Below, in pieces: positions 35,926-48,855 of a stretch of DNA of 64,000 nucleotides; the stretch's first letter is position 1; each line of letters opens with the position of its first letter. This DNA comes from Guillardia theta CCMP2712 (taxonomy: Eukaryota; Protista; Cryptophyta). The position numbers and the translations under genes are program-made. The notes beneath the pieces are model-generated. The model was not told where the DNA came from, ran no database searches, and worked only from the letters and a program-made list of their open reading frames with translations. The DNA is taken from NCBI RefSeq assembly GCF_000315625.1, contig NW_005434664.1, positions 613,497 through 677,496 of the forward strand, read 5' to 3'.

Positions 35926-36029
35926 TTCCGGGGGTAGTGTGAGAGTGAAACAGGTGATATCTAGGGGGTGGGGTAGGGGGTCGGTATGAGGGATAACACA
36001 AACTTGGACATGCTGTAGATCCGGCCTGA

Positions 36030-39000
36030 TGGAAGATGAAGAGAGAATGGCAGATAGAGGAGAAGGGGAGGGGGAGGGAGGGGGAGAGGGAGATGAAGTG
36101 CAGTACGCCAGCTGAGGAGGGTGAGTGCGAGCAAGCGAGTGTGAGATATGCGAGAAAGGCAGAAGGCTAGCGGGCGGGCGGAATGCAGAGGAGGTTTGGG
36201 AGGTTGAACTCGATACAGATCTTTACCTATTGCTAGAACGCGATGAAGCTAAGAGGAGAAGGCTTGTGATATGTTATAGTGATGGAGTGAAATTGTGATG
36301 CGAGAATTGACAGAGCGATGACAGGTTTGAAGCGAGACATTCAATGTCGTGAAGATGTGTAACGTAGCCTGAAGATGCCCACACCGACATTTCTGATGCT
36401 GAGGACGATGTCGCTGTTGATGGCGGCGATCGCAACAAGAGGTTGGATGGTGTGATGTGAAAGATGAGAAAGAAGTCGAGGTATCCGTGTTGATTTTCAC
36501 CGAAATGCCAAAGAAACCAGCATACGCTGCTCGATGCCCTTCGGCATTGGACCCTGCAGCTGCCCCATTGCCGATCCAAGCAAGAGATCTTCTCCTTGAA
36601 GCAAGAAGCTTGAACTCACGTGAAGAACCTGCCTTTGAAAACACTCCGATCAGGCGAAAGACAAAGGTTGAACTGAGGTCTTGCTGTTTTGCATTCTTGT
36701 GCTCCATCGTTGAGACGTTTCTTTCAGCTCTGACTTTGAAGGAGGAAATTTTGAAGGAGAAAAATTGAAGGAGGTCATTGTGGCCATCTGGCGTACCTGT
36801 GAGGAGGAGGCGGCGAGTGATGCGTATCAGCTTAGAGATGTGAAAGAGAAGAGACTGAGGCTTGCTAGAAATCTCAAGGAGCTTGTCCGAAACGACCTGG
36901 TCATCTGCTGCTATTTCTTCACGACATCCGAGAACGAAGTTGGGGAACAAACTGCTTGGGACCTTCTCTTGAAAGGAATACAGCATAGTCGTGTCACTGA
37001 GATCACCAAGGAGTTGATTCAAGTCTTGGTACTGGTTGTTTCCAATGTTGGATTAGGTAGAGCAAACCTGGAGAGCATCCTTAGGTAATCCACCCCTCAA
37101 GTCTGATTTCTGTTGAGATCTTCCAAGGTCCATGTTCGTGGCTGGTGAGTGGCAGCCCAACGCTGGCAAACTCGTGCAGGGCATGTGCGCGATGGTGCAA
37201 GGGAGTTTGGGTGAAGGCCAGTCCCCCGGGCTGTTGAGTCCGAATGCTTTCAAGGACTCAAAGATGCACAGCAGGGCCGCTGCTGAGGTGAAGAGGCTCA
37301 GTGTCTGGTGAACCCTTGCTCTGACATGTCCTCGGCTGGGCACTAGCAGGCCCATCCGAGATTCTTTTTCTTTGATGGAGCACATGGAGGGCTTTACCTT
37401 GGAAGCGCAGAGAAGTGAGAGTTGCCTATGTGGCTGCCCTACATGCACTTCTCAAGTTTGCTCCGTCATTGCAGGCTATGGGGGAAACAAGGCTACGCGA
37501 TAACGACATCCTTGTGGGTGAACAATGCGTCCACCGACGTTGCGTTTTTCTTGTTCAGCATCACGGAGACAGATCAAGTTGACGAAACGAACGAGAAGAT
37601 GGTCATGGATGTTTGCATCTGCGAGGTCCTGACACATGATGTCATGTTTGTGGATCTGATTCTTTTGTGTGACAGCACGGATTCATCTTCAATGTATTCA
37701 TCGATTCACACAAAGTTTTCCATGAGTTCCGTGTTCAGATTCCGCAAAAGCGATGGTAACATTCTATTGTGAAATTGCAGAATGTCTTGCGATTTTAATC
37801 CTTTTGAATCTATAGGTTCAAGCTTGCTGTCAACCATAAAAGCAGCTCGTTCTTGTCAAAGTCTGAAGTCGAGATCTGGATTGACAATCGGCGATATTCG
37901 CATTCCATCCCGATGCCGAAGCAAGAAGGTGAATGGAGAATGCTGGTCGCAACTCCTCACCTGCGCTTTCAAGGATTGTTCCGCTTGTATGCGGGATGTC
38001 CCACGACAGACACGCTCAACATCCCGACAACCGTGAGATGGTCCAAGTCGGTTTTGCCTCTCTCCTTCTTCAAGGGTCTCATGGGGACCTTTAAATTCTT
38101 CCCCACCTGTTTGAGTGAGGCGGAGGTCCAAAGTCAGCTAGGCGATGCGGTTGCTGCTGCGAGCTCGGACCTGCTGCGCTTGCTGACTTGAAGCTTCAGC
38201 AGACAACAGGCAGCGATGAATTGCTCGACGCCTGCGCGTCATTCTCAGCCTATCCGAGCCATCTGAACAAGCACATACCCCTCGGTACATTGAGCTGCAC
38301 CCCGCGCTCTTGATCTTACATGCCTGCTGCCACACAGTTGATGGAAGATCGTTTCCTAGTTCTCAGCTCTGTCTCAGCTCAGGAAATCCGACGGCCTTGA
38401 TGATCGGAACCTTAAAGCTTGGAGGACAGCCAAACTTCGCAGAATCGTTGGAGTGTCTCGGTGGACCAGGTAGTCGTGAGTTTCGTGCCCTCGGTGAATT
38501 CACTGAGTTTGTGAACAAGCGATGTTCCTTCCTTGGCTCGCAGCATGCTTTACGGTGCCAACACAAAGGGAGGACCAGGGAGATGAGGTCTCGGGGAGGA
38601 AGAGCTTGTGCGACAGCGAAGAGATTTTCTTGAGCTTCCTACTATTGATGCGATCTTTCATATGTCACGATGTTTTCCTAAGAGGAAATGGAATGTTGGC
38701 GCCGGATGGTTACTCAGGGAAAAACCTCGTGTTTGACCAGACTGAGAATGAAGGTGAAATCCCATGGATAGCGAAGCTCATGACGACAGTTGAATCCATC
38801 TTTTTCCGAATCCCTTCTTCTCACCTGACACCGGTCTGCTGCATTCAAAGATGTTCTGCCTCTTTTGCTGACTGCGGTGAACAGGAGATATTCTCGGCCG
38901 TCTCATTGGTAGTGAGGATGAGCGCGTACGATAGCTTTGAATGGCCTGAGACAAACCTGGAGAGGAAGTATTTTGATTCAGACAAGGGGCGAGCTGAGTT

Positions 39001-42000
39001 GAAGGAGCTGGAGAATGTCTTGGCCTGGTTGCTCCATGTCGAGCTATGGGCCGGAAGGTGATGTAGCTTACATCTCAGCATTTTTGCGATGATGAATGAC
39101 TTGGTTCATTACAAGAAACGTGGAAATCGTCGAGCTCGTGATCAAGGAAATCCGCAATGCTGCTGCTCTGAACAACTCCTTGTTCTTCAAAATACTCGGG
39201 TATCATGGTATGGAAGGGCTTATCAAAAGCATCTTGTGCGTCATAACTTGACTGTCGTAGCTCTCTTTGATTTCATGATGGACCTTCTGTGGACTCCCGA
39301 GTCAAACTCCCACACGATCTCGATCATCAATGGTTTCCGTCAGGACGCCCCCAATGGCGAGGAAGCGTCTTTGCGTGAGACCATGTTCGAGGCACTCGAC
39401 AAGGTACTTGCTGCTTCCCTTGGGCTCCCGTTTGAGTATTTCTCAGCTGCTGGGGCAAGAAGATGAATCGAGTGACTACGTGGAGGCGGCAAGGGCTGAC
39501 CAAGAGTTTTGGACCTTCCTATCCTCCACTCTCGCCCAACGGGCAGGTTGACCATCACATGCGGCGCTGCATGTGCTTGTGGTGTAAGACTTGTCTGCAG
39601 ACCCCAGCTATCGTTGCTTCTGCCTCACTCACTCGCTGCATCTCTGCAACCGCATCTTCGAGCTTGACATCTCGGGCAATGGCAACGGGCTGCTTGTCAA
39701 CTCTCCTGACTGGAGGTGCATCCTGCTGGAGCTGGTGATGCATCCCAGGACGATCTGGTTTTCTCTGGCGAACATTGTGATCTACTATGCTCTTCTCAAA
39801 CCTTCAGAGAAGCACAAGTTCTTCTCGCAAGGAGGGTCATCTCTGCTGATTCACAACGTCCGGTCCTGCATGAAGGCCCTCCAGGTCGAGGAACACCACG
39901 AGGCGCAGCACGCATCTGCCTGGCAGCATACCCTCGTCTACGGTTTCATCCTGGACCTGTCCGTAGACGATTGCTTGTTCACGAGGAGGCTGCTGTCAGA
40001 GGTACGGCCCACTCCTGTCTCCTTGCACGTGAAGTCGTCTCTCCTCAGGGGGTTTTCAACGCCGGCATCCTCGACTCGTCGATCCTAGAGGGGCTGGACT
40101 GCATCCAGTCCCCGATGTCCCTCTACATCGACAGCGAGCACTGCATCCTGAGGACTGAGATGATACAAGTACATCCCCTGATGGCTCCTCCCCTTCTCCT
40201 CATTGCCTGCAGGTGATGCTGGAGATCCTGGAGGTCTGCAACTCTACCTTGCGGCAGCAGGTGTGCTGGGGGCTGTTCTTTTCTCTCTCTGCTCACTTTG
40301 ATTCTCCAAGGCTGTCAGTGAGCTCGTCCTCGTGGTCAACCGCTCCCACCAGACGAGGAGCAACTTCCTCTCTGTCCCGGATTGGGAGCAGAAAATCGTC
40401 AACCTGGTCAGGCCACCCCGGCTCCACAAGGCGACCAGGTGGACGGGGTTGCCGTCAGTCGTGACGTGGCATCAAAACCCGACTCTCGTGCTGAGGGGCT
40501 CGTGGGCAGCGACGCCTGCTGAGGTCGAGCGGATGTCGCTGGACCAGGAGCTGTCGCCGATCGAAGAGCTCGACGCCCTCATGTGGCTCACGACCAAGAT
40601 GATCTCCAGGCTGATCAGCGACAGGATATTCCAGGCGGAAGGATGGAGGTCCTTCGTCAATGTGCTTGCTGCCTGGAAGACTTCAGAGCTAGTCGAGCAC
40701 GTGTTCGCGTCAGGTAAGATCGCTGCATCTGAATCAGCACGCAACACGTCGGAGCGAGACTTGATGACGTTGCTGTTCAAACATGCCTGCCTCGTCCTGC
40801 AGGATGTCATATCACAGGTTGAGAAGTGGGACTCAAACATGACTATCCCAGAACGAGAAGCCCCAGTCTCGACCCTCACCTTGCGTGAAAACTTCGGGGG
40901 AATTCTTGCAAGTTTGACATATTCTGAGCTCTCGTTTCGATCAGCGTACGGAATGATGTCATCTGTCCAAACACCAACAAGACTTGTGTGGGAGCACTTG
41001 CAAGACAGCACAGACTGCTTTGCTCATGCGTCTCTGCTCAAGTTGTTGTCGGAATCATTGAATGCCTTCTGCATAAGGCTCGGGCTTGATGGCACGAAGT
41101 TGCCTGCCACCACCTTCGGGCGAGAGCTTGTGCTGGATAGCAAGGGAAAGATGTCTGTCTTCCCTTGGACTCACTCGGCTTGGAGCATGTTGATGGCGTC
41201 GCTCAGCGATCAGCTGGGAGTGGACGAGTTTCGCTCTGTCTGTCAGCGGTTGGTCTTTCAGGTCTGCCTGCTTGTGCTAACTCCTCGTCTGCCTCCTCCC
41301 TGACCAGCTCCCAGGGCATCGGGCGGATTGAAGTCGACCCCCTCGCTCTCCCTCGTGCTGCTCTGACGGTCCAGCGATTCGAAAAGCTTGAGGTGACGTG
41401 GCTGGTGTGGAGGGATGGAAGTGATGGGGGCGTGTGCAGAGGGCGCTGCTGTTCGAGACCGAGTACGAGGCGGGCGATCGCGGAGAGCTGCGAGGGATTT
41501 TGATGGAGAGCAAGAGGCTGGTGATGGACATGGTGGAGCAGAGCGACCGATCGGTGACGTGGAGCAACGTGTTGAAACTCTTCACGGGCAGGACGTCGAA
41601 GCTGGACTTCTACATGATGTCAGACCCCACTAATGACGTCGCTCGTAAGATCTTGCTAGACTTTGAGGACGAGCTGCTGCGATACTCCGAGGGCCTCGAG
41701 TTCGGGGGCCAGTCGAGGCTGAGGGCTCGGGGAGCGAGGGAGACGGAGGACATGGCAGCCTTGCGGACGGAGGCGTCGAAGAGGACCGAGACCCTTGCGC
41801 TGGCGGAGTCGACGAGGAGGCTCAAGATCGAGAACCAGCTGAGGTTCCGACTCAACTCTCAACGGACCAAGTGGAAGACTATCCTCAAGGAGAACTGCTC
41901 CGACTTCACCCTGTGGCTAAGCTTCAGCGACAGGCGGGGGCTTTTTGGGGAGGACGTTTCAGTGTTCGGGCGGTACCAGAAGCACGACACGGTGGAGTGT

Positions 42001-45000
42001 GGGGGGTTGGGGTTGCGCAGGAGGGTGAAGCAGTCGTCATGGGGCCTCCTGTACTTGAATCTCGACGAGAGTCAGGTGAGATTGTTGTTTCTTGTTATCG
42101 AACGATGATTGCTTTCATCTCTGCGCGATCTGTTTCCTCGTGCTGGGATATACTAACGTTTCTCTCTGCCTAGTTGTCATATTCTGCCCCGGCCACGAAG
42201 GATGCTGTCGTCGAGCGCCAGGAGCATGCGTTGGACTACATGTTCCAACATGGGCTCGCGATGAAGTCTGCCCCCCGATCCAAGAGTTTAACCGCCATGG
42301 ATGAGTCCTCCCTTGACCTGGTGCTGGACGTGAAACTTCGGGACCAGGTCGACAAGTTCGAGTGCTGCCTTGTGTCGGCTCGCGGCGTTGTCAAGGGAAT
42401 CCTGCTGCTGCAGGGGAATCGTCTAAAGTTCATCCCATCGGACGTGCAGGACAGGTGCTACGGGTACAACGAGCCGGTGTACATCAAGGAGACCATGTCT
42501 AAGATCAAGGTTTGGAACCTGAACAACCTCAGTGAGGTTCATGGAAGGCGGTTCCTGCTCCAGCCCGACTCCCTCGAGCTCTACTTCCATGGTCGGCGAT
42601 CCATCCTTCTCTCGTTCCCTCCCCCCGCCGGGGAGAAGGCAGAGAGCGTCGTGTCGCAGGTCTACAAGCGGCTGGTCAGCACGTGCGGCTCCTCCCTCAA
42701 GATCCACTTCCTCTTCCACCCCGGCAAGCATGTGGCGCGTGCGAAGCTGACGGACGACTGGGTGAATCGAAAGATCTCCAACTTCGAGTACCTAATGCAC
42801 CTCAACTACTTTTCTGGGAGGTCCTACAACGACCTCACACAGTACCCCGTCATGCCCTGGATCTTGGCTGACTACTCCTCCGCCTCCGTCGACCTCACCA
42901 ACCCCAAGTCCTTTCGTGACCTGTCGAGACCCATCGGAGTTCAGACTCAAGGGCGGGAGGAGTACTTCAAGGAGAGGTACGCGGGTTGGCACGATGACGA
43001 GATTCCCCCGTTCCACTACGGGTCTCATTACAGCAACCCCGGTTTCGTCCTGTGGTTTCTGGTCCGCCTGGAGCCCTACGCCTCCTCTTCCCTGCACCTG
43101 CAAGGCGGGCACTTCGACTACCCTGACCGTCTTTTCTGGAGTGTCGCAGATGCCTGGCTGGGCTGCACGACCTCGAGCAACGACGTCAAGGAGTTGATTC
43201 CAGAGTTCTTCTATCTCCCCGACTTCCTGCTCAACCGCAACAAGTTCGAACTGGGATCGACACAGAACGGCTCTCGAATTGACGACGTTGTTCTCCCGCC
43301 CTGGGCAAACGAATCAGCTGCAGAGTTCATCAGCATCAACAGGCAGGCGCTGGAGAGCGAGTACGTCTCCAGCCACCTGCACCATTGGATTGACTTGATC
43401 TTCGGCTACAAACAGCAGGGCCAGCCTGCAGTGGACGCCACCAACGTCTTCTACTACCTCACCTACGAGGACAAGGTCGACATGTCCAGCATCGCCGACC
43501 CGCACAAGCTCAACGCTACCACCTCTCAGATCGCCAACTTCGGTCAGACCCCCCGCCAGCTGTTCTCCAGCCCCCATCCGAAGAGAGCTCCGCTCTTCCG
43601 AGGAAGCCGCCCTGTCTTCACGCCGACGTCGGAGACAACGATGAAGACTGAGAGGGGCAGCGCACACTCTACCCCTGTGGATGCGAACGGTAGTCTCTCC
43701 TTGCAGTCAGAGTTTCTCTCCGACTCGAGCGGCAGCATAGAAAGTCGCGCCTTCAGTCGGTCTCAGTCGATGCCCATCAAGGCGACCAACTTATTTGATG
43801 ACCGACCTGCTGCTGAAGTTGATCTTCCGAGCAAGTCGGAGGAGACGAGCGCGACAGAAAGAGAGAGGACGGTAGCAAGTGAGCACTTGCCGGCAGGCAG
43901 CGTGAAGGATTCCGTTTCGAGGAGGAGGGCAAGCACGGACGCCACTCCGACTCTGTCACTCGACTCAAACGTCATCATTACTCCATCACTAGCAGCGCCT
44001 GACGCCGTTGGGCTCGGTGGCACCATATTCGCTCGTGTGTCTGCTGATTTTTCCCGCAGGTCTGACCTCCTCCTACCTCGGTCAGAACGCTGCAAGAGCG
44101 TTGAAGTTCTCTGTCGAGGAACCTCTAGGTGGCATCCGCGTCTACTCGTTGCCACATCGGCAGGCGAGCTCCAAGGAGGGAGGGTACGTCAATATTTTTG
44201 CTACTGCCAGCAGGGTCTATGCTGTCCTGCAGAGCGGGCAGTTCCGTTGTTGGAACGTGGACTGGAAGATGGCGAAAGAAGGGCAGCCCTTCACTGCAGC
44301 CGAGCTAGAGGTCTCGTTTCAGGAGTCAGCAAGAAAGTCAGGCCATGCCGCTCCTCGTCAGGGGCTCGGCGAACTCGCAACCGGAGTGAGCAAGAGCATG
44401 ATCGGCATGGCGTCAGGTCTGGCTGGCCTCCTCCTGACTATCCCAGGAAGTGATCCGGCAGCGACTCGGCTCAGGGTTGCCGAGCAAGAAACTCCGGCTC
44501 CTGGTTTGCATCAACGGCACGTGATGATCGAGCGATCCTCCCTCCGCCTCTTCGTCTTCCCTGGCATGCTGGATGGGCAAGTGCGATGGCGGATGCTGGA
44601 AGGAGGGACTGCAACCCTGCAAGGAAGCAGGAGGATCCACCGTGACGTCGTGACGTGCATGGCCACAGCAGGAGAGTGGTCGCATGCTCTTGGTCACTGG
44701 CTCATCACGGGAAGTCGTGACACGACTGTGCGCGTTTGGCATCTCGGTGAGCGAGCTAGCAACGTATCTGTCTCTGAACCAGTGCAGGGAAGGGAGAGCT
44801 GCGAGGAGCTGCTCTGCGGGAGTGGAGCATGCAGCCGTTTCCTAGTCGCCCTCGATTTCTTCTGCACGGACACACGGGCAGCCTCGTCCACCTGTCTGCG
44901 TGCCTCGACCTCGACGTCATCGTGAGCTCCTCGGACCAGGGCATGGTGGCCCTGCACTCCTTTTCCAAGGGTCGGTTTCTGAGGCGCTTCGCCCACCCAT

Positions 45001-45482
45001 CCCTCAACCCCTTGGACCTGGTGGAGCTGAGCCCCTTGGGCGACATCTTCATGTACAGCTCGCAGGACGAGACTCTGCACGCGACTGACGTCAACTTGAC
45101 GTCAACTCGGTCGGTCAGGGTGGCTGGCGTCTGCTCGTTCGTCCTCTCGTTCGATGCCAACGTGCTCTTCGTGGGGCTGTCGAATGGCATGGTGGTGGCT
45201 CTCCTATCTCGCACCCTGCAGAGAATGCAGACGCTTCCACGGCTGCTGGGGGATCTGGGCTCTGTGACGGCGCTCAGGCTATCCCTGTGTGGCAACTATC
45301 TCCTCGCAGCTACCTCGAGGGGGCTCGTTCAAGTCTTCACCTCGGAGTTTCTCGTGCGCAATCACGTGCAGATGATCATGGAGCAGCTGGGCCTCAAGAA
45401 CCTCCTCCAGGTCAACCTCGAGTCACCCGCTATCAACGATACTTCTCCATCGTATCCAGAAGATGTGCGTGAAAGGAAATGA
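36030..45482 (+). CDS. BEACH domain protein (PH-BEACH-WD40; neurobeachin/LRBA/LYST family), multi-exon
   Basis: PH RRFLLQPDSLELYF; BEACH WVNRKISNFEYLMHLNYFSGRSYNDLTQYPVMPWILADY...FHYGSHYS...DVKELIPEFFYLP...LPPWA...HHWIDLIFGYKQ...NFGQTPRQLF; WD40 HRDVVTCM...LITGSRDTTVRVW and LHGHTG. Start approximate. Confidence 0.93.
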
Positions 45483-45742
45483 TCGCCCCGGGTAAGTGTA
45501 ATAAAACAGGCTGCTTCAATCGGCTTCGACTAGATCAAACAAGGCGACAGAAATTTATGTAGATGGAGAAAAAAGATTTTCAGAACGAGACAAGGTAAAA
45601 GTCATAACAAGACGAGGCAACTTTTACGGTTTGGATCTAGATTCGTTCTACTACTGTGTCAGGAACAAGTATAACAAGACCGAACTCAATACCTTGTATT
45701 TCAGTGACAATAAGATCTCTCCAATTGCACTAGCAGCAAGAA

Positions 45743-46166
45743 TCATCTGTCCAAAGAAAAGGTTAGGCGGAACTTGTACGGTTCAAGAATCAGAGTTGTT
45801 TGGTGTGAGCATATTTGGTGTGAGCATATCAGCAATTTCCATTCCACTCTCTCGATGTAGCTAACATAGTCCTGGTAACAGCTTCTAAATCCACACTCTA
45901 TCCTAGCATGTTCAGGTTCATCCCTAACCACAACAACAACATGTCCTGATCCAGCACTCTCTTATCTCATAGATAGTTCTGATGAACATCGCAGTTCAAC
46001 TACAGCCCATTGAGGACTTGTCTCATTGTCTTGACTTCACAGGCGCTACTTCTGCAAACATCTTGTTGTATTCTCTCGTTCTTCACTTACCACTCCGATG
46101 TCTGCCGCCTTCTTGAACGTCTCTTTCGGCTTGTTCACGACGATCTTCGGCTTGAAAGGCGGCATT
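45743..46166 (-). CDS. Possible short hypothetical gene or gene remnant
   Basis: MPPFKPKIVVNKPKETFKKAADIGV followed by a GTAAGT donor, then ORF 45743-45931 with a 15-bp tandem duplication (ICSHQICSHQ). It lies downstream of a TACCCC patch. Splicing not resolved. Confidence 0.25.
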
Positions 46167-46189
46167 TCCTCTTCGCTGCTCTTCCCCCT

Positions 46190-46540
46190 TCTAGCGCTAC
46201 CCCCTTCTAGCACTACCCCGTCGCTTTATTCCATTCTACTATTCACCATATTTCGGTACCCCCTACCCCCTGACATCATTATTACACCCCTTGTGTGAAC
46301 ATGTACCACCCTTATAATCCATGGAAGCTTCTTTACCCCTACCCTCTCTTAAAGTACCCTACCAACCTTTACCCTATCATATAGTCTTAACTCGATGACC
46401 CTCACCCCTATTTTATGCAGATTACCCTCCCCGGCGTTGTCCTGACCCCACCCCCTCTGCTGCTGACGAGCGACAGAGAGACACATGGGGTGTAGCGCTA
46501 TCCTGATGACTAGTGATGACTCCGGGTCCGGGCCCGGCAT
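46190..46540. promoter_or_regulatory. TACCCC-rich patch ending in a CCGG patch
   Basis: ggtaccccctaccccc (46255-46270), ttaccctaccc and gtaccctacc, ending tccgggtccgggcccggc. Confidence 0.4.
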
Positions 46541-48200
46541 TTATACTTCCTATATAAATATTGCTGATCTCATATTAGATTATTGTGAACAATAAACAAG
46601 TCTAAAAAAGGTTTATTCGATGAAGTAAAACTCTTTAAAAAAGCTCTAATAGGTTATTGGCAAACAATTAAACGCAACAAAAAGTTTATATCGTGTGCAA
46701 TAAGTCTGCATGTAAAACTTTCTAGGAGCAATAAAAAAAGGCATATAAAAACATTAAAAGTCCTGAACTTGTGACCAAGTTTGAAATCGCTTCAACCTAT
46801 TTGAAGTTTGAACGGTGCAGATCCGACCTTCAGCTTCATATATGTGTTTTGAAATTCGGTACAACGCAAGGAGCATTTTAGCTCTAAATTGTTTTACATC
46901 AGTACTGCTGCCTCCCATTGTCCTACAAATCTTATGACATTATGTCATCATTTCCTACATGCTTGTAAAACTCAAACGTATATCCGTACTCAATCTGTTT
47001 TCTGCTAAATCACTTTTAATCATTCTGTACCAGCATACAACTTTTGCCCTTAAAACGTGAGGCGGTCTACAACGGATAATAGTAGTGTGTCATGATTCGT
47101 TGGCAGGCCAATAGCTTCACAACATTTGAAATGATGGATTTACGATCCAGAATAATGTCGATAAAATTTCGCTTCTTATGAAATGTGGAGTCTAAAGTGG
47201 ACGGTAGTCTGAAATATATTTCAAACGATGATCGTTGAATCTTTTAGTCATGTGACTGCTACCCCACCCTCCTAGAGTCAAAATGAAAATAGTGTACCCC
47301 ACCACCTAAGATTATCTTTCTGGTACTGAATTACTGAAGTTGTACCCGTCCTTCTTCTTGCTTTCCCCCTTCACTGTTTCGTCTACCCCTTCCCACACTT
47401 TTTTCCCCAGACAATCTGCCTGGTTTTAAACCAGTACCATGCAGGTTTTTGATTTTTATTTGGGGGTAGGTACCCCTACCAACCGATTACGGATTATAAC
47501 TTTCAAAGGTGCGAAATATTTGCCATCTATATGGAAATTATTCAAACTTTAACGAATAAACTTAAGCTGATTTGAATTGTCTTTCAGATAACCCGTAGTT
47601 GATACATGGGCGCTTCGGACTCCTGGTGCGGGAGGGGGTAGGGGGTACTTGTAAATCTTCCCAAAAAAGAAAAGGGTAGGGGCATATCTAAATCCTTTTA
47701 GCCGGATATAAGTATACATGTAATTGTAATCAAAGTAAATATATATTACATCTTTAAAACTATTTCTCTAAATATCTATATACTTCCTCAAATAAACATA
47801 TTGCGATTTTAAATGAAAATAATCCATCTTTAAATATGTTCAACTCCTCTGAAACAGTATAGCCATCTTTAAATCTAAAAATACCAATCCGAATACAAGA
47901 CGTCCAATTACTTTATAAACTTTTTTCAATAGTTTTATACCGACATTTCGTACTGGGAGGGCAAACCCAGTACAGATGTCCAATCTTGGTACAAATTGTT
48001 TAAAAGTTCAGAGTCCCTATAGTACCACTGGGCTGCACATCTTCCTCAAGTTTTGTACCTTTCCTGTTTTTAAATTATTCACTACCGACAGTTTCGTTTT
48101 ATGATTACCAACAAGTCGATTACTTTGTTACCATATAATTTATATATATATACATTAGTACCAACAAAGAAAACAATCCATAAATATATTTAAATTTTGT
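46540..48200 (-). pseudogene. AT-rich island with decayed, intronless ORF-like frames (possible endogenous viral or foreign DNA remnant)
   Basis: Abrupt drop in GC (12/60 G+C at 47761-47820; 16/60 at 46561-46620), no ORF of 60 aa or more, but minus-strand frames read as protein between scattered stops (MGGSSTDVKQFRAKMLLALYRISKHIYEAEG...; ...GIFRFKDGYTVSEELNIFKDGLFSF...). Confidence 0.45.
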
Positions 48201-48855
48201 ACCACGTTCTGCGATGGGTACCGCAGGGGACCCGTACACTACCCATGGACATCGAAGACTACCCTGGTCGTATTGGAAATGGCCACCCCAGAGCCGAGAG
48301 GCAATATCTCCTATAAATGACCCGTGTAAATCAACAATTTATCTGGGTACCCCACCTTTTTCATCCTTATACCCTACCCTGTGGTTCTCTACCCCCCGGA
48401 TTCAAATCCTTCGACCCCATGCGGGATCGACGAGTAACGAAGAGTGATGGGGGAAGAGATGGGAGCTTGAGGGGTGTGAGAAATGTTGACGAGGATGGAA
48501 CAATGTCTTCTTATACATGCCGTGAGCTTGTCTGTAGACTTTTCTCTGTACCTGTCATTGTGCCAAACTCGCTGGGATTGAAAGAAAGGTTGCGAAGAGT
48601 TTAGAACTGAATGAGAACTGAACCATCCCTTCCTTTATGATATTCGATGATGTGGATTTCTAACTTACATGATTTCGATGCGTGAGCTAGATGCTCGAAT
48701 ATCATTTGAAACTTTGATTCTGAGTAATGATGCGTCCTGAACGATCCTGCTGGATGTTTGTATCTACGATTTCTGGACATTTATATTCGAGATTTCATTC
48801 CACGGCGTGACGGAAGAGGGTCCATGTATCTGACATATATGTTGATCACAGGGAT

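Noticed and set aside
36249-37022. 257-aa minus-strand ORF
   Set aside because: Antisense to the 5' exons of the BEACH gene; no motifs.
46540-48200. Intact transposon, Fanzor/TnpB or CRISPR-like array in the AT-rich island
   Set aside because: No RuvC, DDE, integrase or capsid motifs, no terminal inverted repeats and no regularly spaced direct repeats were recognisable.
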